Shown: piece after piece, positions 1 through 8,171 of the stretch | How positions within the stretch are numbered: position 1 is the stretch's first letter | How the letters are laid out: the number at the start of each line of letters is the position of its first letter | Virus record (IMG/VR): IMGVR_UViG_3300037067_018877 | Coordinates: 5,958-69,957 of that record | DNA: 64,000 nucleotides | From: a virus | Lineage: Duplodnaviria > Caudoviricetes | Strand: one strand, 5' to 3' | Notes under the pieces: generated by a model | The model's input: the letters and a program-made list of their open reading frames with translations, nothing else | Database searches by the model: none | What the model was told of the DNA's origin: nothing | Translations under genes and position numbers: made by a program

Positions 1-482
1 CCACCCTCACAGGAACAACAACGCTCTCCAACGCCCTAAAACACTCCAGGAGGGCCGATCTCACCCCACGGGTGGCCGAGGCTGGTCCAGGGGGCGTTCG
101 GGGCTCCTGGCTTGTGCTGATGGCCTTCTTCGGGCAAACAGCATACGGACGAACCATGTTTTGGGGGGTGGTGCGTGGGAGGGGGTGATAGTACCACGGG
201 GGAGGGGGTCGGGGGGGGGCTCCCCCCCTCCACCCCCTACCGGCCTCACAGACGTTGCGTCCGTGCCAGGCCGCACGCTCGCCAAACTCGTCGCAAGCAT
301 CGCGTCCGTCTCGATCGATCCACCCCGCATCCTTCGGCCCAGACGGCAAAGGGGGTATTAGCCGGTTGGGGCCTGTGCGGGAATATGCCGCGTACCCGTT
401 TGGCATGCCTACGGCATACGAGTATGCTTTGGGTGTGAGGGGCGGGTGCCTGCCCCACCGATCACCACGAGAGGAGGACAAC

Positions 483-584
483 ATGAACCAACGCCTGACC
501 GCCTGCCACGACTGGATCTGCCGGACCCTGATGCCCCGCGAGGTCTACCTCATCGCCGCGATGGTCTACCTCGCCCTGTGCTGA
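483..584 (+). CDS. small hydrophobic peptide (33 aa), hypothetical
   Basis: ATG at 483 preceded by strong SD GAGGAGG; MNQRLTACHDWICRTLMPREVYLIAAMVYLALC with a hydrophobic C-terminus. Confidence 0.4.
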   Translation: MNQRLTACHDWICRTLMPREVYLIAAMVYLALC

Positions 585-611
585 CCGACGCAAGCCCCCC
601 CGCTTTTTCCC

Positions 612-640
612 TTGACAAATCGGGTCCAATTCCTTAGAAT
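612..640 (+). promoter_or_regulatory. sigma70-type promoter for the resolvase
   Basis: TTGACA(612-617)-N17-TAGAAT(635-640), 54 bp upstream of the resolvase ATG. Confidence 0.75.
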
Positions 641-693
641 CAGCATCGAAATCAGACCCCTACCAACCACAACCCACACGAAGGACATGAGTT

Positions 694-1371
694 ATGACCA
701 CGCCAGCGTATTCCTATCTGCGAGTCTCAGGCAAGAACCAGGTCGAAGGCGATGGATTCCCGCGGCAGCGGCAGGCCATCGAACGCCATGCCAAGGCCAA
801 CGGCCTGGACCTCGCGGGCGAATACCGCGACGAAGGCGTGTCGGGAACGCGGGATCTCGACAATCGGCCCGGCTTGGCCGCCCTGCTCGACGCCGTCGAG
901 GCCGGAGAAGTCCGCATGGTGCTCGTCGAGCGGGCCGATCGCCTCAGCCGCGACCTGATGGTCGGCGAGATCATCCTCGATCAGTTCCGCCGCGCCGGTG
1001 TCGCCGTGTGGTCGGCGGAAGGCGGAGTGGACCTCACCGTCGCCGACGACGACCCCACCAAACGCCTCATACGCCAGATCCTCGGGGCCGTGAGCGAGTA
1101 CGACAAGACCGTGCTCGTCCTGAAGCTCCGGGCCGCACGCGAACGAATCCGCCGACAGACGGGCCGGTGCGAAGGCGTCAAGCCCTTCGGCCACCACCCA
1201 AGCGAGCAGGAGGTCATCGCCCGCATGCGCCAACTCCGCCGCAAGCCCAGGGGCGAGAAACGCCTGGGATACGTCCGGATCGCCAAGATCCTGACCGCCG
1301 AGGGCCTGCCCACACGCCACGGCGGGCCCTGGACCGCCGCAACGGTCCGCAAGATCCTGCGGCGGTCTTAG
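694..1371 (+). CDS. small serine recombinase (resolvase/invertase family)
   Basis: N-terminal YLRVS catalytic motif, DEGVSG..NRPGL, VERADRLSR; C-terminal HTH-like DNA-binding region; 225 aa. Confidence 0.93.
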   Translation: MTTPAYSYLRVSGKNQVEGDGFPRQRQAIERHAKANGLDLAGEYRDEGVSGTRDLDNRPGLAALLDAVEAGEVRMVLVERADRLSRDLMVGEIILDQFRRAGVAVWSAEGGVDLTVADDDPTKRLIRQILGAVSEYDKTVLVLKLRAARERIRRQTGRCEGVKPFGHHPSEQEVIARMRQLRRKPRGEKRLGYVRIAKILTAEGLPTRHGGPWTAATVRKILRRS

Positions 1372-1710
1372 CCCAGTTTACCCCGCTTGCCCATTCGCTG
1401 TAATCGATACAATCGCTACAATCGCTACAGACGGAATACGCGCATGCAACTTGTCGCTCCTTCGGCTTGGGGCTCTTCCGCCGCATCGCCCCTTTTCGCC
1501 CCTAATCCCCCGCGTCGTGCTATGCGATCCATCGTCAGACGTGGTACGCGGTCCGGTCGCGTGCCAGCGACTCTTGTCTTCTGCGAGAGTGGTTCGAGCG
1601 GAGCGAGCGGGGGGTTTGGGGGGCGAAGAGCCCCCCGGTCTGGCGTGGTTGCCGCGTCATGTTCGTGCAAAACGTGTCGCCAGACGTCTCAAAGACTCAA
1701 AGACTCTTCT

Positions 1711-1903
1711 GGCATCTCATGCATCTCATGCATCTCTGGCGGGCTCCAGATGCATCTCGTGCATCTCGTGCATGTCGTGCATGTCTGGCGGGGTTTCGGT
1801 GCATCTCGTGCATAGGTGCATGTCGTGCATGTCTGGCGGGGTTTCGATGCATCTCGTGCATAGGTGCATGTCTTGCGGGCGGATGATGCATGTCGTGCAT
1901 CTC
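1711..1903. repeat. tandem nonamer array (RTGCATSTC, about 16 copies) in 5 blocks separated by ~13-bp TGGCGGGGTTTCG-like linkers; candidate iteron/origin
   Basis: read directly; ~48-bp higher-order repeat; lies 45 bp past the stop codon of the Rep-like gene. Confidence 0.9.
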
Positions 1904-1947
1904 TCTCGGGAGGGTTTTGGGGCCGATTGGGGACCGACGGAAGGGTT

Positions 1948-2757
1948 TCAGCCCTCCTGGAGTTCCTCCGGCGTCGGCGGGTCGATCCAGATCTCGATCT
2001 GCTCGGGCGTGGGCGGAACGCCGCCATTGCCAGCGGTCCACTCGTCGATGAGCTTCTGACGGTTCGGGTCGTTTTGCATGGGGGCCGCTGCGGGCTCCGG
2101 CGTCTCGGGCGCGGCCTGGGGCTCCTGGGCAGGCGTCGCCGCGAGGAAATTGTAGGCGTAGCGTCCGCTCTTGCGGGCCGAGCCCTTGGCCCGCAGCGTG
2201 ATGATCCCGAGGCGTTCGAGCTTCTGGAGCCCGCAGCGGCCCAGATTGCGGGTTCCGGCGTCGGTGCCCGTACAACCCCGCAGGATCGACCCCGCCTGGG
2301 CCTGGGAGATGAAGCACTCGCCGCCGGGGTTGCCCGAGGCCAGGACCCACAGGATCGTCCCCAGCCGCTGGACCCGGGGCGGCAGACCCTCCAGCTCGGG
2401 CCGGACAAAGCCGTCGGCCTTGGCCGCCGCCCAGGACCACTGGTCCCCGGCCGGAGCGTGGACCCGCCGATTGTCCCACAGATCCGAGAAGTACACCCAG
2501 ACCTCGTCCCAGCTCAGCGGCTGACCGCCCGGGGCCTGGATCGCCGTGGCGCACGCCTCGTACCACCGCCGCAGATAGGGCTCCAGATCGTCCGCGCTGT
2601 GCTCGCTGGCCCGGGGGTGCTCGATCAGGTGGCGGGCAAAGGCGAATACCGCGGCGTTGGTCCGTTTGGACGGGGGCTCGACCTCGGCCAGCGTGTCGCG
2701 GATGGCCCGCTCAGTCAGATCGTCGAAGACGCTGGGGACCTGCTCGGGGAAGTCCAT
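1948..2757 (-). CDS. putative replication initiator (PriCT-like helical region plus winged-HTH)
   Basis: likely start MDFPEQV with GAGGAG upstream; RTNAAVFAFARHL resembles PriCT helices; ISQAQAGSIL...LQKLERLGIITLRAKG...YAYNF resembles a wHTH; adjacent to the repeat array. Confidence 0.5.
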   Translation of the reverse strand: MDFPEQVPSVFDDLTERAIRDTLAEVEPPSKRTNAAVFAFARHLIEHPRASEHSADDLEPYLRRWYEACATAIQAPGGQPLSWDEVWVYFSDLWDNRRVHAPAGDQWSWAAAKADGFVRPELEGLPPRVQRLGTILWVLASGNPGGECFISQAQAGSILRGCTGTDAGTRNLGRCGLQKLERLGIITLRAKGSARKSGRYAYNFLAATPAQEPQAAPETPEPAAAPMQNDPNRQKLIDEWTAGNGGVPPTPEQIEIWIDPPTPEELQEG

Positions 2758-2973
2758 GGGCTCCTCATCGGAAAAATCGTCCCTCCCGGACCGACAAACG
2801 CTTCCGACGGCGTCCGGCCGCCTTGCGGACAGGCCGAAATCCGGGAGGGGGAAAAGGCTGTTGGATGGTCGGAACACTTCGTCATGGCCGCCCATTGTAG
2901 CACCACCCGGGAATCGGACAAGCATAAAACTATGGACGCAGGCCTTCCGTGCGTCTGGTTTCCGCATGCGTCG

Positions 2974-3020
2974 TGACGCGGCATATTTTAATTGACGCGG
3001 CATAGTAAAGTGGATACAAT
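2974..3020 (+). promoter_or_regulatory. sigma70-type promoter with a tandem 12-bp direct repeat (operator-like)
   Basis: TTGACG(2992-2997)-N17-TACAAT(3015-3020); TGACGCGGCATA at 2974-2985 and 2993-3004. Confidence 0.75.
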
Positions 3021-3111
3021 GGGGAACATCGAGTCAGACGCTTTGGCAGAACCATCGAAAATCCCAACAGAAGTCATGCCCGCCGTCGCGCGCCCGAGCT
3101 TGCCAAAGCGT

Positions 3112-3133
3112 CCCGCCGACGGCGGGCTTTTTT
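3112..3133 (+). terminator. intrinsic terminator/attenuator in the leader of the plus-strand operon
   Basis: CCCGCC-GAC-GGCGGG hairpin followed by C and six T, upstream of the ATG at 3150. Confidence 0.65.
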
Positions 3134-3149
3134 GGAGTGGGAGAGACCT

Positions 3150-3566
3150 ATGAGTGACAAGAAATTCCAGTACACCGTGCACATCCTCGGCGAAGGTCCG
3201 GATGAATATCTGGCCTGGGACGAAGCCGTCGACACCCTCAAGGCCCTGGAGCAGGACCAATGGCCGGAGTGGCAGCGCGTCGAGGAAATCGAAGAGAACG
3301 CGGGCAAGGACAAGGACGTCCCCGCCGAGGCGACGGACGTGCAGGGGCTGGTGGACGGGTACGACGACATCGCCACCGAATTTGAAGGGCGCATGTGCCC
3401 GGATGAAGAGGAAGTCGCCAAGATCCTGCACGACAAGCACGATTGGACGGACAACGGCGCGAAGGTCGTTGTCGATCTGGCCATGAAGTACGGCGCGTTC
3501 GTCCTGAGGAACGCCCTGGCCCTGGCGATCGTGCTCGACGTCGAAGATGGAAGCGAGGGACTGTGA
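3150..3566 (+). CDS. hypothetical acidic phage protein
   Basis: MSDKKFQY start with GGAG upstream; phage-like codon usage; stop overlaps next start. Confidence 0.7.
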   Translation: MSDKKFQYTVHILGEGPDEYLAWDEAVDTLKALEQDQWPEWQRVEEIEENAGKDKDVPAEATDVQGLVDGYDDIATEFEGRMCPDEEEVAKILHDKHDWTDNGAKVVVDLAMKYGAFVLRNALALAIVLDVEDGSEGL

Positions 3567-3967
3567 TGGAGAGAAATCACCCTATACATGATCCCGTGAA
3601 GGACAAACACACCACTCCCAAGAACGAAGCGTTCTGGCAAGGTGCTGAACCCGGGTTATACGGCGGGCGTCAGAAAAGGCTCGACGTTCCGACATACGAC
3701 GATTCCTGCGAGCAAGAAGTGGACTGGACCCGAACCCGCGAGATCACAATCGCCGATGAGTGTGGAATCCGGGTCATCATGGGGGACCCGCAGGACATCT
3801 CCTCCCCGAACGTCTGCGTCGAGCGGGCGAAGGATCGGTGGCGATTGTTCGTTCACATCGACGGCGGGGACCCCTTTTGCTACATCGAGATCACAGACGC
3901 CCAGGCGATGATCCTCGTGGACCCGCCCAGCGAAAAGCCCCTGTTTGTTCAGGAGAGAGTCCTATGA
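3566..3967 (+). CDS. hypothetical protein
   Basis: translationally coupled ORF (MERNHP...). Confidence 0.65.
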   Translation: MERNHPIHDPVKDKHTTPKNEAFWQGAEPGLYGGRQKRLDVPTYDDSCEQEVDWTRTREITIADECGIRVIMGDPQDISSPNVCVERAKDRWRLFVHIDGGDPFCYIEITDAQAMILVDPPSEKPLFVQERVL

Positions 3968-4392
3968 CAACACAAGAGACAAACGTCGAAAGCAAGCTGC
4001 GCGAACTGCGGCAGATCGTCCACTCTCTGTGCTCCTGCTGCACGACGACAACGATCCCGAAGAAGCACGGCCGCTTCGACGTGTACGAGGACGAGAAGAT
4101 CGTCTGCTCCTACGACACGTACTTCCCGAACCTCGACGTCTACGTCAAGCTGCCGGATGGAAGCAGACAACTGGTCTGGATGCATACCGGCCACGGTATC
4201 GATCAGGAGTACCATCCGGGAAAGTGGGAGGCGTATTTGCTGTCCCTCAAGGAGTGTGCCCTGGGCAAACAGGCCCAGAAGGATGCCCGCAGGGCCCAGC
4301 TCGAACAGCAGGAGCGAGAGGAGAGAAGGCATCCCGCGGGATCGGACGCCGACGCTGTTTTCGACGCGAAAGGACAGAACCATGGAGATTAA
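3964..4392 (+). CDS. hypothetical protein
   Basis: ATGA overlap with the upstream gene; MTTQETNVESKL... Confidence 0.65.
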   Translation: MTTQETNVESKLRELRQIVHSLCSCCTTTTIPKKHGRFDVYEDEKIVCSYDTYFPNLDVYVKLPDGSRQLVWMHTGHGIDQEYHPGKWEAYLLSLKECALGKQAQKDARRAQLEQQEREERRHPAGSDADAVFDAKGQNHGD

Positions 4393-4732
4393 GCTCATCG
4401 AAGTGCGGGACTGTGCGACTTTCGTGCCGATGCTGGCGATCCGTCCGAGTCCCCGCAGCGAGGCAGAGCGGTATCTGCTCGCTCGCTGTGGCTACGGGCG
4501 CAGCCCTGCGGACCAAGGCGAGTACATCCTGTTGGCCCGTCTGGACGGCGGGCCTCTCCGGTACGATCCCTACGGCTGGGAGCACCCTGCGCGGACATTC
4601 CAGCAGTCGCATTTCTGGCTCCAGGACCACTGGGACGAGATCAAGAGCGGCGACGTCCTCGACGTCGAGTTCATCCTGGGCGAGACGACCTCGCCCAAGG
4701 TCAGCGAACGCGAGACCTGCGGTCCCGCATGA
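4382..4732 (+). CDS. hypothetical phage protein
   Basis: MEIKLIEVRD...; overlaps upstream gene; globular composition. Confidence 0.7.
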   Translation: MEIKLIEVRDCATFVPMLAIRPSPRSEAERYLLARCGYGRSPADQGEYILLARLDGGPLRYDPYGWEHPARTFQQSHFWLQDHWDEIKSGDVLDVEFILGETTSPKVSERETCGPA

Positions 4733-4776
4733 GAACCCACGAGGAGAAACCCTTTCCCCCAGCCAAGGAGTAAACC

Positions 4777-5469
4777 ATGGAAACGATCCACTTTTTCACA
4801 GACGGCCAAGTCGGCGTCCATCTGACGGCCGATGAACTGCCCAGCGGAGACCTGCGGCTCCTGCGGGTCTACCAGTCGGCTACCCACCCCCAGGAGCCCG
4901 ACGTGTTTGTCCTGCGGGCTGACGAGCGGCGAGACCTCCGCGACTACCTGTCCCGCCGCCGCCCGGGCGAGAAGCCTCCAGCCCGCGAGAGGACTCTGAT
5001 TGCGGTCAACGGCGCGAATGAGGAGGATTTGGGCGAGGCCCTGACCCAGATGGCCGACGCCTTCTACGCCGCCGACGAGAGGGCCGGCAAATTCGATGGC
5101 CTGACGAAGGACGCTGTGGAGTTTCGGTATGCGTTTCGCATCGGCGCCGCTTCGGCCCTGACCAAGATGGTCCAGGGGCAACTGATGGCGGGCGTGATGG
5201 CGCTGCCGATCGGGGGGCCTGCCCCGCAGCAGGTCGCGAGTCCCACCCTCCGCATTGATCTGCTGCACGCCGACAACAAGATGATCACCGTCTGCGCCTG
5301 CCCTGAGGCGACGGACGAGGAGATCCTCGCCCTGTGCAACAGGGACCATCCCCGCATGCCCTCGTGGTGCCGGGTCGTCCACGAAGGGGCGAACGTCCCG
5401 ACCGTGTTGTGGCCCCGACCCTGCTCCCTTCATCCCGGCCGCGTCCACTGCTGTGTCCTGGCCGAATAG
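4777..5469 (+). CDS. hypothetical protein with Cys/His-rich C-terminus
   Basis: AAGGAG SD before ATG; 230 aa. Confidence 0.7.
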   Translation: METIHFFTDGQVGVHLTADELPSGDLRLLRVYQSATHPQEPDVFVLRADERRDLRDYLSRRRPGEKPPARERTLIAVNGANEEDLGEALTQMADAFYAADERAGKFDGLTKDAVEFRYAFRIGAASALTKMVQGQLMAGVMALPIGGPAPQQVASPTLRIDLLHADNKMITVCACPEATDEEILALCNRDHPRMPSWCRVVHEGANVPTVLWPRPCSLHPGRVHCCVLAE

Positions 5470-5557
5470 GGACTCCGCGAATGCATTTGCTGGCGGAGCA
5501 GACGGGACATCGCGGCCAAGCTGGCCAAGAATCCCCACTGGAAACCCGGCAAGTAAC

Positions 5558-5586
5558 TTGACGCGGCGGCCTCGCGGCTCTACACT
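5558..5586 (+). promoter_or_regulatory. sigma70-type promoter
   Basis: TTGACG(5558-5563)-N17-TACACT(5581-5586); shares TTGACGCGGC with the 2992 promoter. Confidence 0.6.
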
Positions 5587-5645
5587 GGCGTCGCCTTGGA
5601 TAACGACCTGCTGGAGAGCGAAACTCCGTGTTGCGAGAGGCCTTT

Positions 5646-5879
5646 ATGATTTGGATTCGTGTGAAATGGCACCACCTGATGGTCCTGCTGGGACTCCATT
5701 TGCCGACTGACTTCTATCTGGCCCGCGCCGTCATCAAGCGGCACGGCCGCGCGGAGTGCAAGTACCTGTTTGACCTGGCGGTCCTGCTGATGGCTCGACA
5801 CGGGCGGACGCCCCGGGCCCGCAAAGCGGTCGAAGCCGCCACGGAACCGCCCGCCCCTCACCAGGGCGCATCGTCCTGA
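5646..5879 (+). CDS. small hypothetical protein
   Basis: ORF directly downstream of the 5558 promoter; convergent with the primase-helicase. Confidence 0.45.
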   Translation: MIWIRVKWHHLMVLLGLHLPTDFYLARAVIKRHGRAECKYLFDLAVLLMARHGRTPRARKAVEAATEPPAPHQGASS

Positions 5880-7843
5880 ACGTCCCTGCGTTTGCGTTTC
5901 TCTTTCTTGACGATCCCGACCTCCTCGAACGACAGGCTCTGTCCGTCGAAGCGATAGCCGATCTGCATGCCCCTGCCGCGGGCGTTGCGGGCCTTGAGCA
6001 CGTGCAGGCAGCGATTGACGATCCGCTGCTCGGGGTGTGGATCGGATCGCTGCATCGTGGGCAGGGCCTTGTCCTCGTCGTAGGCCTCCAGCCACAGGAC
6101 GCCCTGGCAAAAGCGGATCGAGGACGCCGACCCGGCGAGCGAGTCGAGAGAGATCTTCTGCGACTGGCCCAGTTTGGGGTGCGTCGTCAGGACGATCGAG
6201 ACGTCCCGGCGGCGGGCCAGCCGCTTGGCGCCGTTGATGAACGCGGGCTCCTGAATCCAGGGCTTGTCCGTCTGGACGGCGGCCGTGATCGGGTCGACGA
6301 CGAGGATGCGGGTCCCGGCTGCGACCCTGGCCTCCATCCAGGAGGCCATCGCCGGCAGTGTGATGTCGCTTTCAGGCAGATCGTAGAGGCTCCTGGCCAG
6401 CCGTTCGTTTGCGGCCTCGCATTCGCGGGCGATCCGGCGGGCTTCCTCCGGATGGGCCTTGATCCAGCGGCGGCTGGTCATGCCCTGTTGGCCTTGCATC
6501 TGGGCCATGTTGCGGGCCAGGATGTGCTCGATGTCCTCCTCCATGATGAGCATCTCGGCCGCCTGGCCTGTCGCGATCCAATGGCGCAGGGCCTGGAGGA
6601 CGAAAAAGGTCTTCGTCGAGCCAGGCGGCCCGCACAGGGCCGTGACCGTCCCCGGCGCTGGCAGTTCCGTCAGCTCCGTGGTCTGGGGCCACGGCCATTC
6701 GATCAGCTCGCCGGCGATCACGTGCTCGACGGCGTCGATCGCCCGGCGTCCCCCCCGGTCGCTGTTGCGGGGCCCGCCGGCGTCGGCCGGCGTCGGCTCC
6801 TCGACGGGGTCTTCCCCCGGCTCGCGAGGTCGCCTCGCGGCTGCGGCCCGTACGGGGGCCTGCGCCCGGGCGGGCAGCGGCCGATCCCGTTTCGCTCCCG
6901 GCGTGAATCGATGGTGCACGGCGGCGCTCTTGACCACGGAAACCAGCTCGCCATCTGGCAAGGGCGGCTGATTCCCCGCGTTCCAGCCGCGGAGCAGCTC
7001 CATCGCGTCGTTGGCCGTCACGCCGAAGTCGTTGACGAGCTGGCAGGCGTGCACGTACGCGTCCTGGTTGCGGACGCCCTCGGCGACGTGCGGCCAGGCC
7101 GCCACGTAGCGTCCGGCTCGCTCGTCGAGGGAGGAGGAAGGGACTCTATTGACCTCATTGACCGGATTGACTGTGCGTCTCGTCGCGCGCCCATCGTCAA
7201 TAGGGCCAACAGGGTCAATGGGGTCCCTCTTGACCTCGCGGCAGCAGGCCAGCAGATCCGCCAGCGCGAAGACTCGCGACGGGTCGGCCTCGACGACAAA
7301 GCACGGCACCGGATGCGCCGGGTCCTTGACGTTCTCGAAGCCCGGCAGCCGCATGATTCTTTCGGGATTTTTGATCGTGGGATCGCTGCCCAGCGTCGCG
7401 ATCAGCCGCTCCTGGGCCTGGACCCATTCGGCGGGCTTGACCGGTTCTGTGAGCCGCCAGTAGCAGTGGATGCCGTGGCCGGAGAAGACGCGAAGCGTCG
7501 GCGCCGGCAATCCCGCCGCCTCGATCCGGCCGCAGGCCAGATCGTCGAAGGAGGCCCCCTCCTCGTTGGCCAGGTGATCGAAGTCGACGAACAACGTGCG
7601 ACACAGATCGACGCCGGCGTCCGTCGTGCGACCCGCCTCGCTGCGGCGGTTGGCCCCCGCGTAGATGTTGAAGCCCGCGACGTTGAGTTTTGTCAGCCGT
7701 TCGGCCTGGTCCGCCATGCGCTTGGCCAGGAACCAGTCCCGCTCGATGCGATGGCTCCCCGGGTGGATGCACCTCCATTCTATCCAGTCGCCTGGGCTGT
7801 AGATACACTCTGAAAAGCTGTGCAATTCTTCCCGGGCGCCCAC
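5858..7843 (-). CDS. primase-helicase (RepB-type/AEP primase + PriCT-1 + RecA-like SF4/AAA_25 helicase)
   Basis: LFVDFD, SGHGIHCYW and RIMRLPG primase motifs; EGVRN..AY..AC.L PriCT; GPPGSTKT Walker A, ILVVD Walker B, LTTHPK, LAGS; start uncertain (GTG). Confidence 0.88.
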   Translation of the reverse strand: MGAREELHSFSECIYSPGDWIEWRCIHPGSHRIERDWFLAKRMADQAERLTKLNVAGFNIYAGANRRSEAGRTTDAGVDLCRTLFVDFDHLANEEGASFDDLACGRIEAAGLPAPTLRVFSGHGIHCYWRLTEPVKPAEWVQAQERLIATLGSDPTIKNPERIMRLPGFENVKDPAHPVPCFVVEADPSRVFALADLLACCREVKRDPIDPVGPIDDGRATRRTVNPVNEVNRVPSSSLDERAGRYVAAWPHVAEGVRNQDAYVHACQLVNDFGVTANDAMELLRGWNAGNQPPLPDGELVSVVKSAAVHHRFTPGAKRDRPLPARAQAPVRAAAARRPREPGEDPVEEPTPADAGGPRNSDRGGRRAIDAVEHVIAGELIEWPWPQTTELTELPAPGTVTALCGPPGSTKTFFVLQALRHWIATGQAAEMLIMEEDIEHILARNMAQMQGQQGMTSRRWIKAHPEEARRIARECEAANERLARSLYDLPESDITLPAMASWMEARVAAGTRILVVDPITAAVQTDKPWIQEPAFINGAKRLARRRDVSIVLTTHPKLGQSQKISLDSLAGSASSIRFCQGVLWLEAYDEDKALPTMQRSDPHPEQRIVNRCLHVLKARNARGRGMQIGYRFDGQSLSFEEVGIVKKEKRKRRDVQDDAPW

Positions 7844-7867
7844 GGCTTCCCTGCCTTCATCAGCTCA

Positions 7868-8163
7868 ACAAACGCTATCCTTTTGTGGTTGTTTTACTCT
7901 CTGTGGCACGCTTCTTCTTATTGGACTTCTAACATAGCCTGGCGCGCTGGAGTACCGTGGATTTCTGACCCAGTCTGGCACGCTTTCTCTTGTTGTGGTT
8001 CTGAAGATTACTGGCACGCTGTCCTATAATGGGTTCTTCATTTGCGGGGCACGCTGAACTGCCGCGGGTTTCTCCGCAGGACTGGCACGCTAAAACTTCT
8101 TGGGTTTCTCAATTCTGCTGGCACGCTTCCTTTGCCTGGGCTTCTTCTGATCCTTGGCATTCT
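7868..8163 (-). repeat. TIGR-like array (downstream): 8 units of AGCGTGCCA-N9-AGAAACCCA-N9
   Basis: edge repeats (plus strand TGGCACGCT) start at 7868, 7904, 7940, 7976, 8012, 8047, 8083, 8119, 8155; loop repeats (TGGGTTTCT-like) lie midway; period 36 nt (one unit 35); all spacers differ. Confidence 0.92.
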
Positions 8164-8171
8164 GTTCTGTT

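Noticed and set aside
1-360. Terminase small subunit or packaging site in the G/C-run region
   Set aside because: No recognisable terminase motif; the context is cut by the window edge
1493-1636. Imperfect inverted repeat (TTTCGCCCCTAATCCCCC / GGGGGTTTGGGGGGCGAAG) as MITE ends
   Set aside because: Short, G/C-run dominated, no target-site duplication or second copy; it may be part of a res/ori region but this is unsupported
1387-2566. ORFs with His/Cys/Met repeats (CISCMSC, MHEMH) as metal-binding proteins
   Set aside because: They are translations of the RTGCATSTC DNA repeat in several frames, with no SD support
3037-3075. c-di-GMP-I riboswitch (GGCAGAACCATCGAAA resemblance)
   Set aside because: The complementary strand for the GAAA-capped stem and the downstream conserved elements are missing
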